A stretch of 48,498 bases of DNA from Bacteroidia bacterium (GCA_040381555.1 JBEIHC010000003.1:1-48498); one strand, 5' to 3'. Shown: positions 1-10,084, counted from the stretch's first letter. Numbers and translations are program-made. The notes: generated by a model from the letters alone, not told the origin.

Positions 1-348
1 GTAGTAGTCATCTGGCCCTCAACCCCTAGTCAGGGAGGGAGTAGCGATACGGTTAAGATTCCGATAGAGGTATCTTTTCCTTTGAGTCAGGAAAATGCTT
101 TTAGGGAAGAGAATCCGTTTTTTTTATATCCAAATCCAAGCACTCATCAGATTTATTTGCCTGATTTTTATAGAGGCCGTTCTTCCACTCGAGTGCTCAT
201 TCGCGATGTTCAGGGAAAAGTCCGGATGACAGGTATTCCGGATGAGCAGAATGCCTTGCAAGTTTCCCAGCTTCCTCCCGGAATTTATTTTGTGGAAGTT
301 TATTGTGAGGGGCAATCTCCTACAGTCTTTCAGTTAATCAAGGTTTAG
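1..348 (+). CDS. 3' end of a secreted protein with a T9SS type-A C-terminal sorting domain (5' partial)
   Basis: Frame 1 is open from base 1 (VVVIWPSTPSQGG...) to TAG at 346-348. The tail FFLYPNPSTHQIYL...LPPGIYFVEVY...FQLIKV has the same YPNP...GxY pattern seen at the ends of the 18777, 22399 and 32589 ORFs. Confidence 0.7.
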   Translation, partial: VVVIWPSTPSQGGSSDTVKIPIEVSFPLSQENAFREENPFFLYPNPSTHQIYLPDFYRGRSSTRVLIRDVQGKVRMTGIPDEQNALQVSQLPPGIYFVEVYCEGQSPTVFQLIKV

Positions 349-440
349 GGTAAACGGAAGTTTAGGGTAAACGGAAGTTTAGGGTAAACGGAAGTTTAGG
401 GTAAACGGAGGTTTAGGGTAAACGGAAGTTTAGGGTAAAC
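343..440. repeat. 17-bp tandem repeat, about 5.8 copies (GTTTAGGGTAAACGGAA)
   Basis: Direct reading shows unit starts at 343, 360, 377, 394, 411 and 428. One unit has an A>G variant (ggaGgttt). The array starts inside the stop codon of the upstream CDS. Confidence 0.95.
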
Positions 441-510
441 CTTGATATTTATCAGTTTTCTTGCCTGCCCTCCTCTGTTTCCGTAACTTTGGTTTTTAAC
501 ACCAAAGATT

Positions 511-897
511 ATGGACCACAAAAGATTTTATAAAGAACTGGGAAAGCTGCTCTATGCTGTTGCTGCTTCTGATGGGAAAATTCAACCTGACGAAGTTTCC
601 AAGTTTCGCACGCTCGTTCGGGAAGAGGTAGTGCCCGTAGAGAAAAGTCAGGATCAGTTTGGAACCGACAATGCTTATTATGCAGAGTTTGAGTTTGAAA
701 CGCTTGCCGACAGAGATTTTCCAGCTGAAGATGCCTATCATTCTTTTATTCTCTATCTAAAAGAGTTTCAAGGAAAAATAGATCCTGAAATGAAGAATTT
801 ATGCCTTCAAGCTGCGGAGAAGGTAGCGGCTGCTTCGCATGGGATTAATAAGAAAGAGTCTCAATACCTGATGGATTTAAAAGCACACTTAAATTAA
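511..897 (+). CDS. TerB-like (tellurite-resistance TerB family) small protein
   Basis: 128-aa ORF. The N-terminal LGKLLYAVAASDGKIQPDEVSKF resembles the TerB-domain signature (hydrophobic-A-x-aDG-x-i-x-x-E). This is a motif-level call only. Confidence 0.45.
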   Translation: MDHKRFYKELGKLLYAVAASDGKIQPDEVSKFRTLVREEVVPVEKSQDQFGTDNAYYAEFEFETLADRDFPAEDAYHSFILYLKEFQGKIDPEMKNLCLQAAEKVAAASHGINKKESQYLMDLKAHLN

Positions 898-901
898 ACA
901 A

Positions 902-1807
902 ATGGAATTTACTGGTTCAATTGACAGAGTATTAGCTGGGGTAAAAGATCCATTTACTCAAGATTCTTTCTATCATTTTGTGCTGTCCACAGCTGAACTT
1001 ACAGGGGCAAAGACTGTCCATTTTTTACATGTGGTGGATGACCTGACCAAGCTCTCTGGAATTGCAGAACCGGGTCATTCTCTATTTGAAACTTTCTTGG
1101 CAAATTTTGAAAAGCAGGTTAGGACTATAGCTTCTCAGTTTCCAAATATAGAAGTGCATTGCGAAGTTCGGGAAGGGGAGGTGGATGAGCTAATGCTTCA
1201 CTGGGTTCGTGTACAAAACATCAATTTATTGGTTTTGGGTCGCCATTCCGGTAAGTTGAAATCTGGGTCTCGCAGTATCAAGGCAACACGCATGGCTCCC
1301 TGTCATGTACTATTGGTACCAGAGCAGGCAGAATGGAAGCCCATCACTTCAGTATTGCTTCCGGTTGATTTTTCAGATTACTCTGAGTTGGGTCTGAAAG
1401 CAGTAGTGAGAATTCACAGCTTGAAAGAGATTACCTGTTTGAATATGTATCAGGTTCCAGATGGATATTACTACTCGGGGGCAAATGAGTTGGAGGCAGA
1501 GGCAAGAATGCTTAAGAATGCCAAAGAGGCATGGGACAGGTTTAAAAAGATTTTACCTGAATCAGCTCCTCCTGTGGTTCCGGCTTTTGTGTTGAAGAAG
1601 GCTTCTTTTGCCGATGATATTCAGGCCTACACCCAAACTAAATCTTTTGACCTAGTGGTGATAGGTTCTAAAGGCCTTACTGGTTCAGTTGGATTTATGC
1701 TGGGTAGCGTCAGTCAGGAATTTATCCGAGAGTTTAATTCTTTACCCGTTTTGATTATCAAAAAACGAGCAGAACGCCTCAGTCTGATTGAAGCACTTAT
1801 TTCCTAA
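902..1807 (+). CDS. universal stress protein, tandem UspA domains
   Basis: 301 aa with two Usp-like halves. The second ends with the typical VVIGSKGLTGSVGFMLGSVSQEFIREFNSLPVLIIK ATP-binding-like motif; the first has LLVLGRHSG...APCHVLLVP. Confidence 0.75.
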   Translation: MEFTGSIDRVLAGVKDPFTQDSFYHFVLSTAELTGAKTVHFLHVVDDLTKLSGIAEPGHSLFETFLANFEKQVRTIASQFPNIEVHCEVREGEVDELMLHWVRVQNINLLVLGRHSGKLKSGSRSIKATRMAPCHVLLVPEQAEWKPITSVLLPVDFSDYSELGLKAVVRIHSLKEITCLNMYQVPDGYYYSGANELEAEARMLKNAKEAWDRFKKILPESAPPVVPAFVLKKASFADDIQAYTQTKSFDLVVIGSKGLTGSVGFMLGSVSQEFIREFNSLPVLIIKKRAERLSLIEALIS

Positions 1808-1824
1808 TTAGTTTATAAATCGGT

Positions 1825-2898
1825 TTATAAAGCTGTTCCGGCTTTTAACTTTTCAGCATTTTCCTCAATTCGTAGAGATTCAATAATCTCATCTAAATCA
1901 CCATCCATAGTAGCGGGAAGATTATAAATGGTCAAGCCGATTCGATGCTCGGTAATTCGGCTTTGAGGGTAATTATAGGTTCTGATTTTGGCAGAGCGAT
2001 CACCAGACGAAACCAAGGATTTTCTCTTAGCAGATTGCTCCCCTAAGCGTTTGTTCATTTCAATATCATAGATTTTCGCTCTCAAATTCCGCATGGCTTT
2101 TTCGAGGTTCTTAATCTGAGATTTCTCATCCTGCATGGAAACGACCACTCCAGTAGGGATATGGGTTAAGCGCACGGCAGAATAGGTGGTATTTACCGAC
2201 TGACCACCTGGTCCTGAAGAACAGAAGGTTTCCTTGCGAATATCTGAATCCTTTAAATCTACTTCAAACTCTTCCATTTCCGGAAGGGCAATTACAGTCG
2301 CTGCAGAGGTGTGAATTCGGCCTTGTGTTTCAGTAGCAGGTACTCTTTGTACCCGATGTACCCCGGATTCGAATTTCAAATAGCCATAAGCTTCCTCTCC
2401 GATAACGGTGGCAATAATTTCTTTATATCCTCCGGAAGAACCTGGTTGAAAATCATTCACTTCAAATTTCCATCCTTTTCGTTCACAGTATTTCTGATAC
2501 ATCCGGAATAAATCGCCCGCAAAAATGGAGGCTTCATCTCCACCTGTGCCTGCACGAATTTCCAGAATTACATTTTTGCCATCTTCAGGATCTTTGGGAA
2601 TGAGCAATTGCTTCAGCTCTTCCTGCAAGGCAGCGGTTTCAGGTTCTAAGGCAATGATTTCCTCTTTCGCCATGTCCCGGAGTTCTTCATCACTTTCCTG
2701 GGAAACAATTTCCCGGCACTGCTCTAACTGCTCCTGTTTATTTAGGAATTTCTGATACACTACATTGAGTTTATCCAACTCTCTGTATTCTTTGGTCAAT
2801 TCCTTAAAACGACGGGTGTCACTCACAATCATTGGGTCTGTGAGCAATCGTTCTACCTCAGCAAAACGGGCTAATATTTCTCCGAAATTATCTAACAT
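1825..2898 (-). CDS. prfA: peptide chain release factor 1
   Basis: 357 aa. It carries the GGQ motif ([11 protein letters not shown]), the RF1-specific PxT tripeptide ([13 protein letters not shown]), and a typical N-terminal coiled region. Confidence 0.95.
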   Translation of the reverse strand: MLDNFGEILARFAEVERLLTDPMIVSDTRRFKELTKEYRELDKLNVVYQKFLNKQEQLEQCREIVSQESDEELRDMAKEEIIALEPETAALQEELKQLLIPKDPEDGKNVILEIRAGTGGDEASIFAGDLFRMYQKYCERKGWKFEVNDFQPGSSGGYKEIIATVIGEEAYGYLKFESGVHRVQRVPATETQGRIHTSAATVIALPEMEEFEVDLKDSDIRKETFCSSGPGGQSVNTTYSAVRLTHIPTGVVVSMQDEKSQIKNLEKAMRNLRAKIYDIEMNKRLGEQSAKRKSLVSSGDRSAKIRTYNYPQSRITEHRIGLTIYNLPATMDGDLDEIIESLRIEENAEKLKAGTAL

Positions 2899-3032
2899 AC
2901 TTTACTGCAAAATTACCTGTTTTCCAGATATGAGGGGTGAATTAATCTGCTTCATTCTCCCAAGCACTGAATCAGTTGAGAAAATATCCGGTCTTAACCC
3001 TCAATTGGCTCGAAATACTCAGGGATACTCCT

Positions 3033-3938
3033 CTAACGAAATAATACTATTTCTGTGGCAGTGAGGATACAAAGCATTTTTCTATTGAGAGAAACATCCA
3101 CTATCCTCGATTGCTTCAATTCCGGTTGATAGAAATGATGCCTGTTGGTTACCCGGTTCAATACACAAATTTGATGTGCGTTGTAATAAACGAGATTGTT
3201 TTCCAGAAGGGTGAATCCGGAGAAATGAAACTTTTCGGGAGGATATAAGCTATACAGGTAAACTCCAAACAAGTCATACACTTTAAGCATTTGGCGAATG
3301 GTATCCGAGACATACAATAGGTTATCTTCACTCATGAGTAAATCTGTTGGATCATATAATGAGCCAGCCCCATAATCCAAGCCCCCAAAGGCAACTTGGA
3401 ATTTCCCGTACATATCAGATTTAAGAATTTTATTATCCTCCTGATTCAGTAGAAATAAGTCTCCTGCCGGCCCAGCTTCAAAAGATAAAGGCCAGATTTG
3501 AACATTTGCTTCCAAGGTATTTTCCCTATTTCCTGAGGTTAAAAAGTTGACTTCTCGGATGATTTTTAAGTTGGTATTCAGAACCAGAATTCTCCGATTA
3601 CCGGCATCTAGACAGTAAAGGGTTTGGCGATTTCCGGAACGGATTTTTACCGGTTGATTCAATCCTTCTCCACTCATTCCTTTTCCTCCAATCGATTGTA
3701 GGGAATCATATTGACCTGCGGCGTAATATTTATGAATTCTGTTATTTCTTTTATCCAGTAGAAACAAGTTGCCTTCTTCATCGCATTCTAAATCAGTTGC
3801 CCGATAATCGAGTGGTAGGATAAACCAAGGGGTTTGGAGGGAATCGATAAAAGATTGTGCCTGTAGCAGGGATACCGGAAAAATCAGTATCAGCAGTACT
3901 TTAAGCACAAGGGTAGGAATGGAGTTGGATTGATTCAC
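3033..3938 (-). CDS. secreted NHL-repeat-like beta-propeller protein
   Basis: Recurrent NHL-like blocks are present (GNLFLLDKRNNRIHKY; QTLYCLDAGNRRILVLN; GDLFLLNQEDNKILK; NLLYVSDTIRQMLKVYD). The track start is GTG at 3938, overlapping lpxH by 38 nt. An in-frame GTG at 3908 gives a cleaner signal peptide, MLKVLLILIFPVSLLQAQS. The start is uncertain. Confidence 0.55.
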   Translation of the reverse strand: MNQSNSIPTLVLKVLLILIFPVSLLQAQSFIDSLQTPWFILPLDYRATDLECDEEGNLFLLDKRNNRIHKYYAAGQYDSLQSIGGKGMSGEGLNQPVKIRSGNRQTLYCLDAGNRRILVLNTNLKIIREVNFLTSGNRENTLEANVQIWPLSFEAGPAGDLFLLNQEDNKILKSDMYGKFQVAFGGLDYGAGSLYDPTDLLMSEDNLLYVSDTIRQMLKVYDLFGVYLYSLYPPEKFHFSGFTLLENNLVYYNAHQICVLNRVTNRHHFYQPELKQSRIVDVSLNRKMLCILTATEIVLFR

Positions 3939-4671
3939 GGGTTATTTCGAGGAAAGTATTCAAGCGAATCCAGTCTCCTAAGTTGATGAGTTTCGTGTTT
4001 GCGTTAAACTCAATTATTTCAGCTCTGTGTCTATGCCCAAAAATGTAGGTACTTATTTCAGGATGTTTGGGTGCGTACTCTTGTACAAATTGATATAGAA
4101 ATTCCTTTTCCCCATAGTGCACCTCATCTTTTGCTCGATGGGCTTTTCTGCTCGATCCGGAGAAATATTCTGCTAAAGGAATTCCCCAATCTGGGTGCAG
4201 CCAGCGAAATGCCCACTGAGCCAAAGGATTGGTAAAGAGTTTTTTCATGATTTTGAAGCCATGATCTCCCGGGCCCAATCCATCTCCATGAGCTAAGAAA
4301 CAGGAATGCCCCAAAATATCGGTTGTAATAGCTTGATGGAAAACGGGAATACCAAACTCTTTGGGAAAATACTCTTTCATCCAGAGGTCATGATTTCCGG
4401 TAAAAATATATACGGGTATGCCAGCGTCTTTCCACATTGCCAGTCTGCCTTGAATTCGGGCAAAACCTTTAGGGATGGCATGTTTGTATTCAAACCAAAA
4501 ATCAAAAATATCTCCCAATAAGATTAATCCGGCAGCATTGGACTGAATGGAATCCAACCAATGCACAAAATGTTTCTCTCTTTCACGCGAGCTACTAGCA
4601 TCCGGGGCACCCAAGTGTAAGTCGGATGCCAAGTAAACGGATGGTTTATCAGGCAAAAATTTTAGAGACAT
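3901..4671 (-). CDS. lpxH: UDP-2,3-diacylglucosamine diphosphatase
   Basis: 256 aa with calcineurin-like metallophosphoesterase motifs in the LpxH arrangement: ASDLHLG, LLGDIFDFWFEY, GNHDLWM, GHRH. Confidence 0.8.
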   Translation of the reverse strand: MSLKFLPDKPSVYLASDLHLGAPDASSSREREKHFVHWLDSIQSNAAGLILLGDIFDFWFEYKHAIPKGFARIQGRLAMWKDAGIPVYIFTGNHDLWMKEYFPKEFGIPVFHQAITTDILGHSCFLAHGDGLGPGDHGFKIMKKLFTNPLAQWAFRWLHPDWGIPLAEYFSGSSRKAHRAKDEVHYGEKEFLYQFVQEYAPKHPEISTYIFGHRHRAEIIEFNANTKLINLGDWIRLNTFLEITRESIQLHSYPCA

Positions 4672-4738
4672 TCCTTGTGCGTTATTTCTGCATTATTGAA
4701 GAGTAAATAGAAAGCAGCCACAAGAAGAACAGTCCTTT

Positions 4739-6829
4739 TTACCCTTGTATGGTGGGTTGGGGCGTTTCTTGACTGGAATCCTGCGCTGGGGCATTTCCTT
4801 CGGAAGAATTATTCTGCTCACCCTCACTACTTGGATTTGAGACAGGCACTGTTTCAGTAGGAAACGCAGCGGGGGTAGGGATGGGTTTGTCATCCGAACG
4901 AGGGGAATCCATATAAGCCTGGTAAGTGGTTTGTTGATCAAACGGTCTTTTACCAATCAATATTTCCAAGTCATTTTGGAAGATTACCTCTTTCTCAAGC
5001 AATGCTTTTGCCACTCTTTCCAGCGCTTCCTGCTTATCTGTAATCAATGCTATTGTTCTTTCGTAGGCATCTTTAATGAGCTTACGCACTTCCTCATCTA
5101 TGGTTTGAGCAGTTGCTTCACTATAAGGCCTGGTAACGCTATACTCGCTTTGTGGGTCGTTAAATGATATGTTTCCAACCTTCTCATTCATGCCATACAA
5201 AGTGACCATTCCATAGGCGAGTTTGGTGATTCTTTCTAAATCATTTTGGGCACCCGTAGATACTTTTCCGAAGATTATTTGTTCTGCAGCTCTGCCTCCC
5301 AAAGTCATACAGATGGTATCAATTAATTGGTCATAAGTATAGAGATATTGCTCTTTGGGTAGATATTGAGCATAACCCAAAGCGGCCACTCCTCTGGGTA
5401 CTATCGAAACTTTAACCAGAGGATCGGCATTTTCCAAAAACCAACCTGCGATGGCATGTCCGGCTTCATGATAGGCAACAATTTTCTTTTCTTCCGGAGA
5501 AATGATTTTATTTTTCTTTTCTAATCCTCCAATAACTCGATCTATGGCATCCTGAAAGTCCTGCATGTCCACAGCTTCTTTATTGCGTCGCGCAGCAATC
5601 AAGGCAGCTTCGTTACAGACATTCATAATATCAGCACCTACGAAACCGGGCGTTTGAGCGGCTAATTTACGCGCATCTACATCTGGTCCAGTAGAGATGC
5701 CGGCTAAATGCACCTTGAAAATATACTCTCTGCCTTTAATGTCGGGTCTGTCAACACTAATTTGTCTATCAAATCTACCGGGCCGCAAGAGTGCTGAATC
5801 CAATACATCCGGGCGGTTGGTTGCAGCCATAATAATTACGCCTGTATCCGTACCGAATCCATCCATTTCGACTAGGAGTTGATTCAGTGTATTTTCTCTT
5901 TCATCATTTCCTCCGGTGAAATTGGCTTTGCCCCGGCTTCTTCCGATGGCATCAATTTCATCTATAAAGATAATGCAAGGTGCTTTTTCTTTGGCTTGTT
6001 TGAATAAGTCCCGAACGCGCGCCGCTCCTACTCCTACGAACATTTCGACGAAGTCGGACCCACTCAAGCTAAAGAAAGGCACCTGAGCTTCACCCGCCAC
6101 AGCCTTTGCGAGCAAGGTTTTACCTGTACCTGGAGGGCCAACCAGCAGCACTCCTTTAGGGATATGACCGCCCAATTTGGTGAATTTCTTAGGGTTTTTA
6201 AGAAAGTCCACCACTTCTTTCACTTCTTCTTTGGCTTCTTCTAACCCGGCAACATTATCAAAGGTTACCTTCACCGTGTTTTCGCGGTCAAATAGGGAGG
6301 CTTTACTTTTGCCAATATTGAATATTTGTCCTCCAGGTCCACCCGCACCCATTCGGCGCATGAAGAAAACATAGATTAGGACAATAATTCCGATTGGGAG
6401 TAAAAATGAAATAATGCTGCTTAGATAGTTGGTGCGTTCCACCACTTCGTAGGAGACATTATTTTCAATTAGTTCTTTTTCGAACTCATTTGGAGCTAAA
6501 ATTCTCAGGGTATATTGAGGTTCTAGCTTGCCCATCAAGCCGTTGTTTTGACGGAATTTTTTAAACTCTTCTGTTTCTAGGGCTTCGCGAGTAAGGTAAA
6601 CTTCAACTTCTTCTTTGTTGACAATGAGAACTTTATCTACCTGTTGCTTCCGGACCAATTCAGTGAATTGTTTCCTGTCCAGGTTTTCCCGATTGCCTCC
6701 AGAAGGCATAGTGAGCACGGCAATAAAAAGGAAGAGCAAAATCAAACCATAGATCCAATATAGATTATTGGATTTTTTCGGTTGTTTGTTGTCTTTTGGG
6801 CGGTCTTTGAATAAAGGATTTTCGGACAT
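4739..6829 (-). CDS. ftsH: ATP-dependent zinc metalloprotease FtsH
   Basis: 696 aa. It has two N-terminal TM segments, Walker [14 protein letters not shown], Walker [10 protein letters not shown], the SRH region, and the zinc site HEAGHAI. The C-terminus is a low-complexity Pro/Ser/Glu tail. Confidence 0.97.
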   Translation of the reverse strand: MSENPLFKDRPKDNKQPKKSNNLYWIYGLILLFLFIAVLTMPSGGNRENLDRKQFTELVRKQQVDKVLIVNKEEVEVYLTREALETEEFKKFRQNNGLMGKLEPQYTLRILAPNEFEKELIENNVSYEVVERTNYLSSIISFLLPIGIIVLIYVFFMRRMGAGGPGGQIFNIGKSKASLFDRENTVKVTFDNVAGLEEAKEEVKEVVDFLKNPKKFTKLGGHIPKGVLLVGPPGTGKTLLAKAVAGEAQVPFFSLSGSDFVEMFVGVGAARVRDLFKQAKEKAPCIIFIDEIDAIGRSRGKANFTGGNDERENTLNQLLVEMDGFGTDTGVIIMAATNRPDVLDSALLRPGRFDRQISVDRPDIKGREYIFKVHLAGISTGPDVDARKLAAQTPGFVGADIMNVCNEAALIAARRNKEAVDMQDFQDAIDRVIGGLEKKNKIISPEEKKIVAYHEAGHAIAGWFLENADPLVKVSIVPRGVAALGYAQYLPKEQYLYTYDQLIDTICMTLGGRAAEQIIFGKVSTGAQNDLERITKLAYGMVTLYGMNEKVGNISFNDPQSEYSVTRPYSEATAQTIDEEVRKLIKDAYERTIALITDKQEALERVAKALLEKEVIFQNDLEILIGKRPFDQQTTYQAYMDSPRSDDKPIPTPAAFPTETVPVSNPSSEGEQNNSSEGNAPAQDSSQETPQPTIQG

Positions 6830-6936
6830 TAGGGATATAAAAGTCTTGTTTCTGGGCTAGTAACGCAAGCCCGAGTATGTAAGGTTCAAAAATACTTAAA
6901 AAAGTGAAACAAGACTTGAGAGAATCTCATTCGATT

Positions 6937-7224
6937 CTATAAACTGACGAAGGAAATCGCCGATATGGGAATATGTACGCCTTGTTTCAGGACAATCATT
7001 TCCTCCGAACAATTCCAAACGGTCGTTTTCACCTCATGGGCACCCAAATTACTGATGAATTGTATCGTGACCTTTCCTTTATAGCCATTCCCCAACTGAC
7101 AAGCGCGAGAGAGTCTTTCCGACCTTAATTCTTTAGCTACTGGATCACTCAATACTTCTTTACGGTTAAAAGATAAGTGAGGGATTTCCTCTTTTTCAAT
7201 CGGTTTGAATTCTATTGTTTTCAT
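6937..7224 (-). CDS. hypothetical small protein (95 aa)
   Basis: Clean ORF upstream of ftsH on the same strand, with a plausible promoter in front. I recognised no family motif. Confidence 0.5.
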   Translation of the reverse strand: MKTIEFKPIEKEEIPHLSFNRKEVLSDPVAKELRSERLSRACQLGNGYKGKVTIQFISNLGAHEVKTTVWNCSEEMIVLKQGVHIPISAISFVSL

Positions 7225-7249
7225 AAAAAAAAGTGTAAATAGATTAAAT

Positions 7250-7281
7250 CAAAGTTAGGATATTTTAATTTGTAAAGCAAA
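7250..7281 (-). promoter_or_regulatory. candidate Bacteroidetes sigma-A promoter (-33 TTTG / -7 TAACTTTG)
   Basis: On the minus strand TAACTTTG (plus 7250-7257) fits the TAnnTTTG -7 consensus, 26 nt upstream of the ATG at 7224. TTTG (plus CAAA, 7278-7281) lies 20 nt further upstream, within an AT-rich 272-bp intergenic region. Confidence 0.4.
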
Positions 7282-7496
7282 TTTTATTTCAAAAATATTC
7301 CCTTATAAAAAAGATTTATTTTATCCCTTAAGTGCTGAATTAATTATTGAATTAATTTCTTTCTATGGGTATTTCTACAAAAATCAGGTGTTTTTGGGGA
7401 GCAAGGTAACTCCTAAAAGCCAACCCAATGGTACCCTAGTTTAGGATACCCAATCGGTATATCATCAAAAATAAGTTAGAGGGGGGATAGGGATTC

Positions 7497-8180
7497 TTAA
7501 AAAAACTTTTCTCCCAATTGGCTCATTCGGAGCAACAAGGGACAAACTTTATATCGTTCATCCCCAGTTTCTTGACGAATAGCTTGTAGTGTTTTTACAA
7601 CAAGTTCGAGTCCGATTTCATCCGCCCAAGCTAAAGGACCTTTGGGATAATTTACCCCTAGGAGCATGGCTGTATCAATTCCGGATTGCGAAGCACCTTT
7701 TTCTTGAAGTAAATACGCCGCTTCATTAATGATCATGCAGAGGATTCTGGGGCTGACCATTCCTGCCCGGTCTTCCACTTTGGTATAGGGGATTCCTAGT
7801 AATGACATTAGGTTGTCCAAAGTATCCGCATCCTTTTCTCTCAGAAGAGATACTTCGGCATGCGGTCGGGCCAGTAGGCCGGGCAATAGGTTCATGCCAA
7901 TGAGCACGCATTCTGGATCGATGCCAGAAAGTTGAACGATTGAAGCAAGGGATTGGAGAACCGACCGAACGATAACTGGGCGGTTTAGTAAAGAAGAATA
8001 GATTGCTACTCTATCAGGGAAAGCGTCTAGGTCTAAATCGACAATTAGGTTAAAGTGGCTGGCAAATTCGCTGGTAATAAGCTCAGGCGCGTGCCATTCC
8101 AGGCTATGTCTTTCAGGAATAATAGATTTGAAGGCTTCGAATGAGGCAGGTTGACCGGTAACAAGAATTTTCATCGACAT
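7497..8180 (-). CDS. 3-hydroxyacyl-CoA dehydrogenase family protein (C-terminal domain clear, N-terminal half atypical)
   Basis: The C-terminal half, SPRILCMIINEAAYLLQEKGAS..GIDTAMLLGVNYPKGPLAWADEIGLE, matches the 3HCDH C-terminal domain. The N-terminus MKILVTGQPASFEAF lacks a GxGxxG dinucleotide loop. Confidence 0.6.
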   Translation of the reverse strand: MSMKILVTGQPASFEAFKSIIPERHSLEWHAPELITSEFASHFNLIVDLDLDAFPDRVAIYSSLLNRPVIVRSVLQSLASIVQLSGIDPECVLIGMNLLPGLLARPHAEVSLLREKDADTLDNLMSLLGIPYTKVEDRAGMVSPRILCMIINEAAYLLQEKGASQSGIDTAMLLGVNYPKGPLAWADEIGLELVVKTLQAIRQETGDERYKVCPLLLRMSQLGEKFF

Positions 8181-8267
8181 GGCTCAAAATTAATTAAATA
8201 ATTGGGTGCAGCACGCAATTGTACTAGGGTGCAGCACCCGAGTGATTATATTCTTAATTTTACCTTC

Positions 8268-8648
8268 ATGGACAAGAAAGTTATTTTTACCGATAAGGCG
8301 CCGGCTCCTATCGGGCCATACAGTCAGGGAATACAGTCAGGGAATATGATCTTCCTCTCTGGTCAAATTGCCCTTAACCCAGAGACTGGGGAGCTGGTTC
8401 AGGGATCTATAGAGGCAGAAACCCATCAGGTAATGCGCAATATTCAGGCATTGTTGAGCTCGGCAGGGGTAAGTTTCGGCAATGTTGTCAAAACCACGAT
8501 TTTTCTAAAAGACATGAATGATTTTGGGCAGGTTAACCAGATTTATGGGTCCTACTTTAGTAGTGATTTTCCGGCAAGGGAGACTGTTCAGGTAGCGCGT
8601 TTGCCTAAAGATGTGCGAGTAGAAATTTCTGTTTTGGCTATCGTGTGA
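8268..8648 (+). CDS. ridA: RidA/YjgF family reactive-intermediate (enamine/imine) deaminase
   Basis: MDKKVIFTDKAPAPIGPYSQGI...MIFLSGQIALNPETGELV...PARETVQVARLPKDVRVEI is the canonical RidA pattern. I chose the ATG at 8268 rather than the track start at 8202. Confidence 0.9.
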   Translation: MDKKVIFTDKAPAPIGPYSQGIQSGNMIFLSGQIALNPETGELVQGSIEAETHQVMRNIQALLSSAGVSFGNVVKTTIFLKDMNDFGQVNQIYGSYFSSDFPARETVQVARLPKDVRVEISVLAIV

Positions 8649-10084
8649 TTCTGGGCAATTCCTCTCAACGGAGTCTGTTTGTTTGGTCAGCTATTTTTCT
8701 AAGTATTTGGCCTTTAGTATTTTGGGATAATCCTTTCTTTTGGGATACCGTTTTATTTTCCCGACAGGCTGACTGGTATTTACAATCTGGGTTTAGTACC
8801 TTGATTTTACCCACAGAACTAGATGCTGGTCATCCGCCCTTATGGCCATTGTATCTTGCGCTGGGTTGGAAGATATTGGGGCAGCATTTAATTGTTTCTC
8901 ATTTACTCATGTTACCCATTTTAATCTGGCTGGCATGGGAGTTGAGTCATCTAGTTACTCAATTTGTTTCGGCGCCTCATCGAAATTGGGCAATGGCTTG
9001 TGCAGTGGCAGTACCTGGATTATTGGCTCAGGCAACCCTATTTTCAAATGATATTTTGTTGGCTGCTAGCTTACTGGGGGTATTGAATGCTTTACAGAAG
9101 GAAAAGTATTGGAAAATCGCCTTATGCCTAAGTTTGGCAGGCATGAGCAGCCTTCGAGGCATAATGATTGCACCCGCCGTTCTGATGTACGCATGGATTT
9201 TTTTTCCTCAATTCCGCTTACAATTCTCCCTTTATTTATGGGGTGCTGCAGCCAATATTCCTCTGGTGGTTTGGTTTGGCTGGCATTGGGTGCAAACGGG
9301 TTGGCTTACGCATCCGATCAGTAGTAATTGGAGTTCTCAGCATGAGTTGGGCAATTTAGATACCTGGGTACATAATTTTCTTACCATTGGATTTCGATTT
9401 GCCGATCAGGGGAGAATCGTTTTATGGGTAGGTATCTTTTGGGTTTGGCTACATGGGAAATGGAAGTATAGTTCTGAACTTACTCAACTGATTGGATTAT
9501 TTCTTCTACTGACACTTTGGTTGAGTTTGGTCTTTATTCCATTTCAGAATCCTCCTGGGCATCGGTATTTTTTGTTGGAGTTTATTCTCTTGGCAATCCT
9601 CTCTGTCCAGATAATCTTTCAGACCTGGCCAGATTCCATCAAGGTAAAAATACTGGTGCTGATATCCTTTCTGAGTGGGCATTTTTGGATTTATCCCGAG
9701 TCTATTTCAAAAGGCTGGGATTCAACTCTGTCTTATGTGAATTGGTCACAAGAGAGGCTAGAGGCTGTGAATTATTTGAAAGAAAATCAGATTCCTCCAG
9801 AGTTTGTGGGCTCGGCATTTCCATTGGTTCATTCAGGGAAATACACCCATTTGAATGAGGAGGTTTGGCGTTTTTCTGAAATGGATTTATCTAAAAATCC
9901 TTACATTCTATATTCTAATTTATGCAATGGAGTTTCAGAATCCACTTTAAAGATTCTGAATAGGGAATGGGATGTGGAGCGTAGTTGGGGAAGTTGGCCG
10001 GTATATTTTATTTTGTATCGCAATCCGGAGCAATTTCCTGTAGAACCCAAGCAAACGCCAGAGATGGCTATTGTCGAGCTTTAA
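8645..10084 (+). CDS. polytopic membrane glycosyltransferase, GT39/GT83 (PMT_2/ArnT-like)
   Basis: 479 aa with at least 10 hydrophobic helices. The loop motif ELDAGHPPLWPLYLALGW resembles the PMT_2/ArnT first-loop signature. The GTG start overlaps the ridA stop (GTGA). Confidence 0.5.
   Translation: MILGNSSQRSLFVWSAIFLSIWPLVFWDNPFFWDTVLFSRQADWYLQSGFSTLILPTELDAGHPPLWPLYLALGWKILGQHLIVSHLLMLPILIWLAWELSHLVTQFVSAPHRNWAMACAVAVPGLLAQATLFSNDILLAASLLGVLNALQKEKYWKIALCLSLAGMSSLRGIMIAPAVLMYAWIFFPQFRLQFSLYLWGAAANIPLVVWFGWHWVQTGWLTHPISSNWSSQHELGNLDTWVHNFLTIGFRFADQGRIVLWVGIFWVWLHGKWKYSSELTQLIGLFLLLTLWLSLVFIPFQNPPGHRYFLLEFILLAILSVQIIFQTWPDSIKVKILVLISFLSGHFWIYPESISKGWDSTLSYVNWSQERLEAVNYLKENQIPPEFVGSAFPLVHSGKYTHLNEEVWRFSEMDLSKNPYILYSNLCNGVSESTLKILNREWDVERSWGSWPVYFILYRNPEQFPVEPKQTPEMAIVEL

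Noticed and set aside
343-440. TTAGGG-containing repeat resembling a telomeric repeat
   Set aside because: The repeating unit is 17 bp, not 6 bp. It is internal to a gene-dense bacterial region, and the same core occurs in another internal array. The TTAGGG match is just part of a longer motif.
4693-4956. 87-aa minus-strand ORF overlapping the 3' end of ftsH
   Set aside because: It is out of frame within the ftsH low-complexity tail, has no recognisable motif, and would leave no room for its own promoter.
8202-8267. Longer N-terminal extensions offered by the ORF track (8202 for ridA; also 40616-40711 for partner 2, 11984-12049 for the GNAT gene, 27881-27946 for the Kunitz gene)
   Set aside because: The extensions start at non-ATG codons, add non-homologous residues ahead of canonical N-termini or signal peptides, and overlap neighbouring genes or promoters. 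Internal ATGs give the expected protein starts.
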